Shown: positions 26,740-38,469 of the stretch, in pieces
How positions within the stretch are numbered: the stretch's first letter is position 1
Layout: every line of letters starts with the position of its first letter
Assembly (NCBI RefSeq): GCF_009834535.1
Contig: NC_045696.1
Location: forward strand, 49,044,001-49,108,000
Source: Camelus ferus
Lineage: Eukaryota
Length of the DNA stretch: 64,000 nt
Reading direction: 5' to 3'
Position numbers and translations under genes: made by a program
Notes under the pieces: model-generated
What the model saw: only the letters and a program-made list of their open reading frames with translations
Told to the model about the DNA's origin: nothing
The model's database searches: none

Positions 26740-27150
26740 GAAGCACAAGCACGTCTAGAATAGGAAAGTAAAGACATCTGAAAATCTACTCTTCCATAAA
26801 AGTTCTTAAAAAATAAGAACACAGGTAAAAATTACAAATAACAACTTTTTGGAACTCTGGAAAGTAACACTTTGCATCAAGAAAAATGGCTGAATCTCAA
26901 GAACACTTTAACTTGTGCCATTCCCACTCTTCTCTCCCAGCTGTATGATAGGTCCTTAAACCAGGGGTCTTGGAACTGTGGTAGTTATAAAAACCAGCAG
27001 CCTAGAAGCCACTGGAGGAAACAAAATGGGTTTGGAACTCCCCGAAAAGCCCCATCCCAGAGAACTGCCACTATTAGATTTATTTGGCATCTCCCTGGAA
27101 AAGTCCCATTTGGAGACTTTTGTCTTTATTTGATTTAATTCAAAATTTCC
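26740..27150 (+). mobile_element. Old L1M 5' fragment
   Basis: aacaactttttggaactctggaa...caagaaaaatggctgaatctc. Confidence 0.55.
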
Positions 27151-27479
27151 TCAGTCAGTATCATGGGATGCTCAACTCTTTAAAGATAGTCATCGCCTCA
27201 ACGTCCAGTTTTCATCTTTCTTCTCCCAACTCACCCCAGCAAACCTTGCTCCTACTTCCTACCCCAACCAACCCTCCTTCCAGAAACACTGAAATAGTCA
27301 TCCATCTCCAAATCTGATTTTCTTTCACATGCCTCAGTAATTGCCTCTGTGCTCAATTTTACCTGTTTAAAATAACCCACCCATCTATGTGCTGCTTACT
27401 CTTTAATGCCAAGTTCAGTTAATACCTTCATTAAATCTTCCTGAGCCTCCTTCTATTCACACATGCCCAGATGGTGAGG

Positions 27480-28010
27480 GGCCTCTCATGGTGGCTTCTA
27501 CATTTCCTACCAACTGCTTTGCTGTTTCTTCTTCATCTCTCTTCACTTCATTTCCAACACTTACTGTTGGAGTGCCCCCAGGCTCAGTCCTTTGACCTCT
27601 TCTCCATCTCACTCACTCCCTTAGTGAGTAACATAAATAGAACATTGAAAGATGATAAAAATATGATTTGTCACCTCAATTTCCTCCAGGTGTTTACTCA
27701 AGTGATAACACTATTTTAAAACTGCAATTCTGATCTTCAACCTCAACACTCAATATTCATTCACCTTTCCTATTTTATTTTTTCTCCATAACACTCATTG
27801 CCTTCTAACATATATTTTACCTATTTATGGTTCATTATCTGTCTTGCCCATTAGAAAGTAATCTCATTTGTTAATTACATCTCAAAAAATGAAAAAAAAG
27901 GAAGTAGTCTCCACAAGGGTAGGGGTTTTCACCTGTTTTGTTGACTGTATCCCTAGCATTAAAATATTGACTGGCGCACAGATGATATTCAATAATTTTA
28001 TGTTAAAAGC
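27480..28010 (+). mobile_element. L2 LINE fragment
   Basis: ggagtgcccccaggctcagtcct...; 3' tail gatattcaataa. Confidence 0.75.
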
Positions 28011-28459
28011 ATGTTTGTTATATAAATCTATTTTCTAATGTGAATTGAACTCATTCTCTTAGGATACAACGGGAAAGTATACGTCATTTTCATCAGCTTT
28101 TCACTTTACTGAATCCTCATATTCTTAACTTCCATGTTTTCCCAGAAGAATAAAGTGTTATTTATCTCAACTGACAACTTTTATTTACATTTTCAATGAG
28201 AGTACATTGCAAATAAAGAAAACTTAACTTAATCTCTTCATTTTTCTCATTATATAGTTGACTTATTACACAATTAAAGCAAGAAAGCATTTTATAAGGT
28301 CACTAAATTTAGTATTTATATAAACAGTATTTATACATTGCCACCAGGCTGACCACAGAAAACCCCTCAGAACTGAGAAAACCAAAGGCACGACAGCCAG
28401 ACATCTGACAGAGTTAATGCTGAATTAGATTCAGCCTGATAAATAACAACTAAAGACAA

Positions 28460-28900
28460 CAGGACAGTTGGCTGACGGAACCAAAGTATCCCCTTTACTG
28501 CTACTTCTGAAAGCTTGAGTAGAGATGTGGGACAACAGACTTCCTAACCGTGAACAGAATAACCCCACGCGGTTGCTGGCAGCACTGAATAAATGGCCAC
28601 ACTTTCCTATTTAGAAAGAAAGACTCTACCTGGTAGGCAAGGAGGAGCTGGCCTCGATGTTCATAAGCCTAGGGGTGAGCGCTCCCAAGAGGAGCCGAAG
28701 CCGCAGCACCAGGCACGCCCTGTCCCTCCCCTCTGTCAAATCCACCAATAAGATGAAGTCCTTCCTCCTTGCTGTGGGAGGATCCAATGAAGGGGCGGGT
28801 AGAGAGTAACGGAAGCATTCAGAGAAACGCCTTCCTCCGGTAAACTGTAGGACCAGGAAATGAGGATTCCTCCCAACGGGGTACTCAGGCTCGCCTCTTG
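28460..28900. promoter_or_regulatory. Putative promoter, possibly bidirectional, with local CpG enrichment
   Basis: CCAAT at 28745 and 28784; GC box GGGGCGGG at 28792; MYB-type TAACGG 28807, CAACGG 28874, CAGTTG 28465; ETS-like CGGAAG 28810; RFX X-box-like GTTGCTGGCAGC 28572; about a dozen CpGs in an otherwise CpG-poor window. Confidence 0.65.
28630..28664 (-). pseudogene. Minus chain, first coding exon (MNIEASSSLPT...)
   Basis: ATG at 28664 next to the promoter; donor CAG|GTAGAG; ends phase 2. Confidence 0.45.
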
Positions 28901-28920
28901 GCTGTAATATGTGATTACAG

Positions 28921-28999
28921 TAATATGACAGCTGCCTTTACTAAGAACATTTGAAAGAAGATAGGGCCCTTTGGGCTTATCTTTGAGACTAGTATGCAG
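28921..28999 (+). pseudogene. Plus chain, first visible exon (NMTAAFTKNI*KKIGPFGLIFETSMQ)
   Basis: gtgattacag acceptor; cag|gtacct donor; could instead start at ATG 28994. Confidence 0.35.
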
Positions 29000-29084
29000 G
29001 TACCTCGGAAGCATGTAGTTTCTGCTCCAGGAGACGTTTTGGTGTGAAAGGAGAAAAGGTGCTCTTTTTTCACCCTTTCTGTAG

Positions 29085-29119
29085 GGTACCAGAGACCTTT
29101 GGACACTTTAAACATCAAG
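29085..29119 (+). pseudogene. Plus chain exon (GTRDLWTL*TS)
   Basis: Strong acceptor ttttttcaccctttctgtag; aag|gtaaaa donor; phase 0 to 2. Confidence 0.55.
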
Positions 29120-29189
29120 GTAAAATGGATTCAGCTTTCTCACTGGAAATAAGTTAATCTCAAAGTTCAAAAAGTAGTTGTTACTTCTT

Positions 29190-31000
29190 ATATTTATCAT
29201 AGAAACATATGAAGAGTTTTAAAGGCTTGTAATAGAAACAACAGTCCCCTGTCTTGGACCTACCCTGCTACCAAACACAGTCATTTTAAACTTTGTGACT
29301 TTTTTTCTGGCACTTAATCTTCATATTGAAAAATATACCTAATCTGTTATGTCTAGATGTATCAATTTAAACAATAGTTCTTAACTTCTTCATATTTGAA
29401 GACATTAGCAGGTTTACTGTGCTTTCTCTTTCCCCATCCCACAAAGTTAAAAATATCAAACTTTTTATTAAGTCAGCATTTAGTATCTACATGAATGTTT
29501 TCTGCCCAACCACATAATATTACATTTTTTCTTAACCAAATTTTATTTTCCTCTGTAGTTAACAATTTCTTCCCCTTTTTTTCCATTTTGAGGGTTTTTT
29601 TGTTTGTCTGTTTATAATCTTGCTAGTTTTTCTCATAGCTTCCACAAGGCTCTTGTTTCACTTTTCCACGCAGTCCAAGCTCTTTTTTAAAATACCTATC
29701 AGTTCTGTGCTTTTCTGGAAATCACTGTGACCCCTCTTACCTTGCTCCTTTTGTTTGTTTTTCTCTCTTTCATGTTGGAAGAATTCCTCAGCTGGGAGGT
29801 GATCCTTGATGACTCTTCCATATGTGAAAGTGATATACTGTAAGACTTATTGGAAACTTCTTTTGTGGCAAATTCTTGTTGAGAGTGAGCTCTTCATTGT
29901 GGGGAGTGGGTGGCTAACTAGCCTTTTTGCGAGCTCATACAAAAATGTATCATTGGTTATTTTCTGTGTGTCTCTTGGGTTTCCTCAGAGAAACATCCTC
30001 CCAATTCTTGCCTCAGGGAGGAGGTAACAGCTGGTTTTCTGGGATTTGAGCAGGGAAGGTGGGGAGGGGTGTGTTCTCATCATTCATTATATACACTTCC
30101 ACTTAATCTGTTCTTCTCTGAATTAGCCACCTTACCCACATTCATCTTTGTGCCTGACAACCACAAATCTAGAGTCCTTATGGTTAAATTTCTTCTGAAC
30201 CCAAACACTTTATTTCCTATGGAGGTGGCAGCAAGGTGGGCAGGTGCTGCATCAGAGAGGGGTGGGGACCTAGATGACTGAGCCTAATTTGTACCTTAAA
30301 CCAATTCATTTGTTTTTACTCCCCATTGTACCTGTGATTTGGGGTGCTATAACAAAATTCCATCGACCGGGTGTCTGATAAACAGCAGACATTTATTGTT
30401 CCCATTTCTAGAGGCTGGGTGCCAGCATGGGTTCTACAGGCAGGGTGTCATCCTGGGTGGGTTCTGGTGAGAGCCCTCTTCCAGGCTGCAGATTTCTCAT
30501 TGTGTTGCATGTGGTAGAAGTGTCAAGGATGCTGCCTAGGGCGTGAATCCCATTCATGAGGGCTTCACTCTCCAGTCCTAATCACAAACCAAAGGCTCCA
30601 CCTTCTGATACCATCACCTTGGGAGTTAGGATTTTAACAGATGAATTTGGTGGGGACAAACATTCAGACTGTAGCATCCCCCTCTTCTAATTAACTGGTA
30701 CCTCTTAATATCTGAGCCTTCCTACAGTTTGACAAATGAATAGGTTTGTATTTTGTTATCTCCCTCTGTTTGCCCTTAAGATTCATCTTCTCCTGCCCTA
30801 TTTAAGTATTTCTTCTACCCACTTCCATATTTCCCCCAATTTTTATTTTTCTTGTCCACTGCGATCTTCTCTCCCATTCTCATTGTCTTTCTTGTATAAA
30901 TCAGTACCTTTTTATTCATTCTTGTAAATTTGCTAGAAATTTGGGCAGGAGCAAAGATGAACACTTTTGTTCAATCAACCACGTCTACCTGACATGTGAA
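29190..31000 (-). mobile_element. Ancient L1ME/HAL1-like remnant, interrupted by MLT1
   Basis: T-rich and degenerate; similar to 62840-63725. Confidence 0.45.
30327..30676 (-). mobile_element. MaLR solo LTR (MLT1A-like)
   Basis: gctataacaaaattccat...ttctggtgagagccctcttcc...gggacaaacattcagactgtagca. Confidence 0.85.
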
Positions 31001-32507
31001 TTTCACTGAATTCTAAAGAACCTAAACTACCCTAGGCTGATGGGGGCATTCCAAGCAGTAAAGAATTTAGTTTCTGCTTTGGAGATCTTAAGAATTAAAT
31101 TGCATTTTAAGATAATTATTTCTGAAATAGCCACAACGCAGTACAAATGAATGGTACAGACAAGAAGTAATATGGTTATTTAGATGAAAGATTGAGTGAT
31201 ATATGACATTGATGTTGAAGAATCAATAGGCTCTGGGTATTTAGGAAGAAAGGACTGTGTCCCAGGCCCAGGAAACTCAAGAAATAAGTGTCTGAAAGAT
31301 TGTGTACCCAGTTGGGTTGGAATAAGAACAATAATAACTCCAAATTCCACTACGTTTTTTATACTGATGGTTGAAGTCTATTCAACCTACTAATCTATCC
31401 CCAAAGTTCCTCTTCCTACTCACTAGCATACATAACTCCTAAAATGCTTTAATTGACTTCATGTAATATTGTAGTTTAAATTTTTCATGCAGACAGCATC
31501 TGAAAAAATAATAATTTTTAGCTAGTCCCTGCTTAGTATTCATCTCTAAAATGTTTTGTTATAACTTACTCATCCAGCCTTATAGTCTCTTATTTTTAAT
31601 TTGATCTTCTGACTGAAAAAATAAAGTAATACAATAGGTATATTTCTGATAGCTTTCCCCCCATTCTCCCAAAGTCCAAATAAAAATCTCAATATATACG
31701 TTGAATTCTTATGGGGTATATATGTAGAGATATGTTTCTCTAGATCAAGAAACAGATACTTGCAACTGTATCTGAGGAGGTAAAAGAGCCAGAAGTTGCT
31801 GGTGTTTGATTTTACAAAATAAAAAAATTTAAAAAATGAACAAATTCTATCATAGCTTCAGGTTTTAAAGTTTTAAGACTACGCAGAAACTTTCAGAATT
31901 TCAATCACAGCTTTGTAATATTTTACAGCCCTGCCAAGTTAAACAGCAACAGTTGTCAGATTTATCTGCAGAACACGTGGCTAATGACCTTTAAGGCAAT
32001 TTGCCTCATATGTCAAATGGGGGGGGGGGGAACATGAGCTATAGCTATTGAGATTAGTTGCTTTTCCTATTTTTGCCCATTTATGTAACTCAGTATCTGG
32101 TTTAATAGATGTAACATAAGGGCATAGAGGTGTTTTAAAGGACAGTTTTTCTCTAAAAGATGTTATTTTTTAAATTAATTATTAAGAAAATTATGAGGTT
32201 TTTGGCATTTTGATCTAAAATATGTCAGTGGTTCTCAAAGTAATTGGGTTGAATTTTTCTACAAATGTGTATATTGGCTTATGTTAATCTTGGCTGAACA
32301 AACTGTTACCATGAGATTGCATTTAAAACAACTGGTGAGATTTGTGGAAAACACATTTCAATCACTAATAACTTGCCTTCATATTGCACACCTCTTCAGG
32401 CAGCTCAAAGGATTTTATACGACATATTAAAAATTATAAATGTCTTACCATATCTTACAAATACCAGACATTACTTTTATTACAAAGAGTTTTTATTCTT
32501 CCCACAG

Positions 32508-32598
32508 GAATGATTATCAATAAAATGCTACAGATAAGAAAATTGGAATGTCTGATGGAGGTTTTATTCACCAGAAAGAAAGCTTTGTTCTAAAACAG
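32508..32598 (+). pseudogene. Plus chain exon (NDYQ*NATDKKIGMSDGGFIHQKESFVLKQ)
   Basis: ttttattcttcccacag acceptor; cag|gtagca donor; phase 2 to 0. Confidence 0.6.
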
Positions 32599-33052
32599 GT
32601 AGCAACAATACTTACAATAGGTTCTGTGTTTATGATCCATGGTTATCACCAAAATTAGGACAGTGTCTAGGTTAACAGCCATCAGGAGTATGAAAACAGA
32701 AAGGGCTCTGGTACTCCAGGGTGTTTAGTAGGATACTTGCAGGTTTTATTCACACAGGCTTGAAGTGAAATACTGGTCTGCTAACTCTATGCCGTTTAAT
32801 CTGTGGCAAATTGCTTCACTTCTCAGTTTATTGATATAAGTAAAGGCAACATATCATGGCAAATAACAAACAGAGACCATTATTAATTTGTACAACAGAG
32901 GTAGCAGTTAATAAGTCAAGAATTGCTGGTCCCTGGTCAAAAAGGCAGGAATCTGCCTGTCTTGAAGGAGATGCATTTAGGTGAAGAGAGATTCTGACAG
33001 ACCTCTTCAGGAAAAATCTGCTCTATTCCTTGCTGTTCCATATTTTCAACAG

Positions 33053-33229
33053 TAATTTGTAATTCTGCTGGTAACCTAAGTTTTTTGTGTGTTTTTTTAT
33101 TCTGTATTTTAAAAATAGTTGCCTTTGCTATTACTAAAACTACAGAGCTAAAAACAAATCTTCATAACTTGTATTATTCTGGATAACAAGTTTTTCTGCA
33201 TTTCTGAAGATATGCATCGTGTTTAAAAT
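33053..33229 (+). pseudogene. Plus chain exon (...AFAITKTTELK / QIFITC...)
   Basis: catattttcaacag acceptor; A-x7-EL-x3-F-x2-C after removing one A from an A5 run; 3' end uncertain. Confidence 0.45.
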
Positions 33230-33361
33230 GTTAATAATTTGGACAGAAGCCTTTGTATGCCATATTATATGTTTCCTGGCTTCTTAGAGTATATAAAATA
33301 TAATTTTAAATCTTTGTGATGATCCATGATCTTCACTGTGAGCAACTATTGAGTCATGCTC

Positions 33362-34080
33362 TATTCATTCTTTCAATAAACAATTATTGAGTACTTTGAT
33401 GAAAGGAAAATTCCCTTTCTGATGAATGTACACTGTAGTATGAGAGACAGACAAGAAAATAAAAGTTATAGAGCACCTTTACAGTAACTGTGCTGTGGAT
33501 AAACACAAGGTACTGTAGGAGCTCAGAAATGAAGTACCTAATTCAAAGCAGGAGTGTATGCTTTGGGATAAAGGATAGGAGAAGTTTCCTGAAGACAGGT
33601 GATTTCCAAAACATAAAGAGAAATTACCCAGCTAGGGAAGAGGAAAGGACACAGAGAATTCTATGAACACAGCAGAGTTTGGTTTGGCACAATAAAGGGG
33701 TGCAGGTGGCAGAACTGGAAGATATTTAATAATAGAGAGGTAGGCATAGACCAGATAATGAAGAATTTTGAATGCCAGGATTAAGAGTTTGATGTTTATC
33801 ATGAAGGCTATTAGCCATTGGAGACTTTAAGAAGACTTAGATGATCAGACTCATATTTTGGAAGGATTATTCCAGCAGAAATGCGAAGAATTATAGCAGG
33901 AAAATGAGACCAGTGGTAAAAGGACAAATTAGGTGCCTTCTCCAAGATTACTGGTGATGCAGGTCCTGATGACTCTGGAAGTCAGATAATGGCTGTGGGC
34001 ATAAAAAGAAATGGATAAGTCTGGGAGTTAAGAATAGAATCCAGGAGACAAGAACAGAACTGATTTCTGGCCTGATCAAT
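33362..34080 (-). mobile_element. L2 LINE
   Basis: Starts attcattctttcaataaacaattattgagtact. Confidence 0.7.
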
Positions 34081-35455
34081 TACAGAGTAAGGGCTGCTGG
34101 ATATATTCTCTACTGTAAGTATTTATTAAACTAGAAAAATATATGAAGCAATTTTTTTCTGGCTTTAGATGAGAGAGAAGAGCTGTAATCCTAGAAAGGA
34201 AATAGATGACATAAGCTTACATTCATCCCAGGTTTCTGGCTGAAGACACTTTCCAAACTGTAGCACAGATAAGTGGAGTCAACATAGAGAGGAATTATCT
34301 TGCTGGTGAGAAGAGAGATTAAAGTTCACAAATGCAAAGGTGGCTGGAATTAGTCAGTCAGGGAACCAGAGTGCAGGGTAGTGATATGTAGTGATAGAGC
34401 TGCCAAAATTTGTAGAGTTCCCCTTCCTTCTTTAGCTATTTCCTAAGCTGTACAAGCATAGAAAAAGAGTAATTAAACCTAACAAAGAACAAGTATTGGG
34501 AAGTTATGAACTGAATTTAGATGTCCCAGCACAAAAGATATTGCAGTCAAGACCAACCAAACTAATGAAACCTTGCTAAACACTCTGGCCATTCTGAGGT
34601 CTCAGAAAGGCCATGCTTCGAAGTAGGGCTTTTCCAATCCTAAAGTAAGGGTTGCTCTAGATACATCCTAATAAAGCCTAAAATAAAAATAAATATTTAG
34701 CAAGAAAAGTTGCCACTAAATTAATTCACCCCTCAAAGGGTCAACACTCTTTCAAGAAAGACAACATAATCCAGATTCCCCACGTGTATCTTCCACAACA
34801 TCAAGCAATCAAATAACACATATGAGGCAGCAGGAAAATGTGACACATGACTCCTACTCCACCAAAAAAAAAAGCAACTGAAACAGAACGAGAGATTATA
34901 AAAATGTTAGAATGACCAAACAAGGATTTCAAAACAAGTATTATAAATAGATGTTCAAAGATTAAAAGGAAAATACATGGACATAGTGAGTCGGGAGATG
35001 GAGGATCTCAACCGATAAATGGGAATGCTAAAAAATACTGAAATTAATCTTAGACCTCAAAAATTACAATATTTGTAAAATGGAGAAAAACCACCAGCTA
35101 GTCATAGCAGCAAATTGGACCTTGCAGGAAAAAAGATCAGTACATTTGAACACAGGTCACTAAAAACTGAAGCACACAGAGGAAAAAGACAAAAAAAAAA
35201 AAAAAAAAAAAAACCTGTGACCTGTTTTTTTGTGAGAAGATTATCAAGACGTTTACCATTTAAGTAATCAGAGTTCAGAAGAAGAAGAAAAAGAGATTGG
35301 ACAGAAAAAGATTTAAATAAATTATGACCAAATTTTTCCAAATTTAATTTAAAAATCAACCCACAAAACCAAAACTCAACAGATCACTAATAATCTAAAT
35401 GCTGAAAACCAAAGATAAAGAGGAAATATTAGAGGCAACCAAGGAAAACAAGACA

Positions 35456-35581
35456 GCACAAGGAACTATATTCAGTATTTTGTAATAACCTATAATGGAA
35501 AAGAAACTGAATCACTTTGCTGTATGCCTGAAACTAATACAATATTTTAAATCAACTATACTTTGATTTTTAAAAAAAGAA
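35456..35581 (+). mobile_element. Short L1 3' end with target-site duplication
   Basis: TSD aaggaaaacaagaca (35441-35455) and aagaaaaataagaca (35582-35596). Confidence 0.8.
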
Positions 35582-36184
35582 AAGAAAAATAAGACATATA
35601 TAGAGGACCAGCAGCAAGAATAATCACTGATGTCTCCTTAGAACCAGTATAAACCAGAGACAATGGAGTAGAATCTAGAAAACATTGAAAGAAAAAATCA
35701 TCAATCTAGAATTTCATGCTTTCCCAAAAAAAAACCTTCAAAAATGAAGGCAAAACAAATACAATTTAAGTAAACAAAAGCTAAAGTGACTTTTTTCAAA
35801 TAAGCAAACCTGTACTGCAAGAAATCATAAAGGAAGTTCCTTAGGCTGAAATGAAATGAAACTTGACAAAAACTCAAACTTACACCAAGGAATTAAAAGC
35901 ACTAGAAATAGTAGATGTTTAGGCAAATATATAACATTTTTGTTCTTGTTTCTTAATATCTTCCAAAGACAGTATACTTTTTAAAAGAAAAAGTAATAAA
36001 ATTGAATTGTGGGGAACATCATAAATGTAAAATTAAAACAGACAATAGCAATGGCACAATCATCTGAAAAGGGCTAAGTGCAAGTTTAATATCTAAGATT
36101 CTTAAATTATGTATCCTATGATATTATATTAATTCCGAGTAGACTGTGATAAGTTAAGGATGCATATAGTAAACCCTAAGGAAA

Positions 36185-36185
<1 letters not shown>

Positions 36186-36215
<30 letters not shown>
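36186..36215. repeat. (CA)15 microsatellite
   Basis: Direct reading. Confidence 0.95.
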
Positions 36216-36217
<2 letters not shown>

Positions 36218-36891
36218 GAAAGAGTTATAGTGAAAAGCCAAGAGAAGACATACAAAGGAATACTTATAAATACTAAATTTACCCAAAAAGGGGGGGAAAG
36301 GAGGAAGATGAACAAAGAACAAGACAAATAGAAAATGAAAAATGAATGGTGGACTTAAACACCAAAGTGTCAATAATTATATTAAAACTAACAATACTGA
36401 GCATATACATTAAGAAGCAGAGATTGTCAAACTCAGTAAGAAAGTAAAATAAAAAATATTCTTTTCAAAGGAAATATTATTGAAATAAGTAGATACAACA
36501 TTAAAAGAATGGGATATTCTTTTACTTTTGACAAGAAGCATTACCATAGATACAGAGGGACATATCATAATTAAAAAGAGATTAATTCACTAAAAAAGAC
36601 ATCACAATCATTAATGTGTATGCACCAAGTAACAGAGATTCAAAATATATGAAGCAAAAACTAAAGGAATGATATAGAAATAGACAAATTAGAGTGTGAG
36701 ATTCTAAAACTTCTTAAGTCACTGATAGAACAACTGAATGAGGGAAAAGGTAACTACATGGAAAATTTGAACAATAACAGCTACCAGCTTAAACTAATTG
36801 ATTTATAGAACACTACATTCAACAAAGGGAGAAGAGACATTCTTTGCAAAGAAACATGAGTATTTGCCAAGACAGAGCACATGCTGGACCT

Positions 36892-37330
36892 TATAGCTTG
36901 CCACAGCTTCAAGGATGCTGGCAGAAGACAACACTCCAGAGTCAGAGATAAAGGACTTTATTACTCATGGCAACAGCTATAGCCAAAGTATCAGCAGCAT
37001 TAGTGCCAGTTCACTGACCACTCGTTCCCACAGGACGCCAGAAAAAGGGTCAGATGATAACCGTACACACAGTAGAGTGCATTTACAGGAGAGGAACCCT
37101 GAGTTTAGGGAACTCAAATCTTTTTATAATAGGCAGTGAGCATACCTGACTTTTTTGCCTAGGAGGAAGACATTACCTTTATTATGTTTATTATAATGGA
37201 CAATAAACAAGCCTGCCTTTTACTCTAGAGGGAGACACTATCTCTTACCCTTAAAAAGATATTCCAGAACACAGGCCATCAGTACTTCTGCTCACAAGAC
37301 ATGCAGAAATGCAAGGAATTCATAGAGATG
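36892..37330 (-). mobile_element. ERVL LTR (LTR40-like)
   Basis: ggatgctggcagaagac...gtcagagataaaggactttattactca...gaggaaccctgag. Confidence 0.7.
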
Positions 37331-38304
37331 TATTTTCTAACAGTGGTATGGGCATAAAGATAGGCAAATAGATGAATGTGATAGAATAGAGCATCCATAA
37401 AGAGATGCACATGTTTGATCAACTGATTTTCCATACAGGTGCCAGAATAATTCAATGGGGGCAGAAGTTTTTCAACAGATGGTGCCAAAACAACAAGGTA
37501 TCTATATAGAAAAAAAAGACCTTTTCCTCTACTTTACGCTATGTACAATGATTAATTAGAGATGGATTTCTGACCTAAGTGTAAAAGCTAAACTTCCAAT
37601 GAAAATATATGAGAAATTCATTACTATGGAATAAGCAAAGATTTCTTAGGACACAGAAAGCACTAACCACACACAAAAACTTGATAATTGGACTTCATAA
37701 TTTAAAACTTCTGCTCATCAAAAGACACTATTTGAGAAAATGAATAGGCAGGACAGAGAGAGAAAATATTTGCAACAAGTATATCTGATAAAGGACTTGT
37801 ATGAGCAGAAAAGCGAGACTGTACACAGATCAGGGATTTTTGGAGTGGGTACATTGGAAGGACAAGGGGCAAGAGAGAAGAGTACTGTGTGAGTGTCTGA
37901 AGTCTTGGATCACCAGGTGTAGACTGGATAGGGAAAAAAGCAAGAAAGTCAAGTTGATACATCAGAAGACAATTAAGCAATTATTTGACCAGAGATTATA
38001 CTTTCTGAGAGTAAATACAGATACAAGCAAAGGATGAGAGTGGAGAACAATGAGAATATAATCAGAAAGAGCATTACTTGGAATTTAAAATTTCAGATTG
38101 TGGAGCAGACCTAGGAAATAGTGAGGTAAAACAGTCCTGACTGATACCAAGGCACAAGTCAACCCTGACAATGGGCAGCTGAAAAGCAGTGAAGTAACAA
38201 TGGCCTAGGAATATTGACTGTATGCTGTTAGGCACTGAAGGGGAAAGGAAGCCAGTGAGCCAGGTGCCAAAGCTTCCATGGTTATGGAATAATCAGAAAT
38301 TCAG

Positions 38305-38407
38305 CACTGGAATCTGACACAACATTGTAAAATGATTATAAATCAATAAAAAATGTTATATTGTTGTTCAAAAAAAAAAGCTGTAGGAGTCCAAAAAAAA
38401 AAAAAAA
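38305..38407 (+). mobile_element. Tiny young L1 3' tip with a compound tail and 10-bp TSD
   Basis: TSD agaaattcag at 38295-38304 and 38408-38417; body matches the reverse complement of about 46510-46558. Confidence 0.85.
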
Positions 38408-38469
38408 AGAAATTCAGTAGTTTAGAGTGACTAGGGGAGAGTGAGGGTACTAGTTTATAATGGCGTAAT

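Larger units (their letters stand above)
178..28664 (-). pseudogene. Decayed multi-exon (non-processed) pseudogene, 5' part: start codon and non-repeat N-terminal region followed by Sfi1-like repeats; probably continues off the left edge
   Basis: About 17 AG/GT-bounded segments in TE-free islands, mostly phase-compatible. Translations include ALSTLINQWK, VMGLILVA*, QLSEYFT/WT, TLLGNKEWAIW, ALLRR/RLWK, VLSLYTW, LLTRVS*PC and FLDFSLTWW. Multiple in-frame stops and frameshifts. The L1 pieces I recognised in this span are antisense to it. Confidence 0.7.
34085..37805 (+). mobile_element. Ancient L1M, fragmented, with nested insertions
   Basis: ORF1-like 34900-35850, endonuclease-like 36370-36890, ORF2 3' region 37330-37805. 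Confidence 0.8.
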
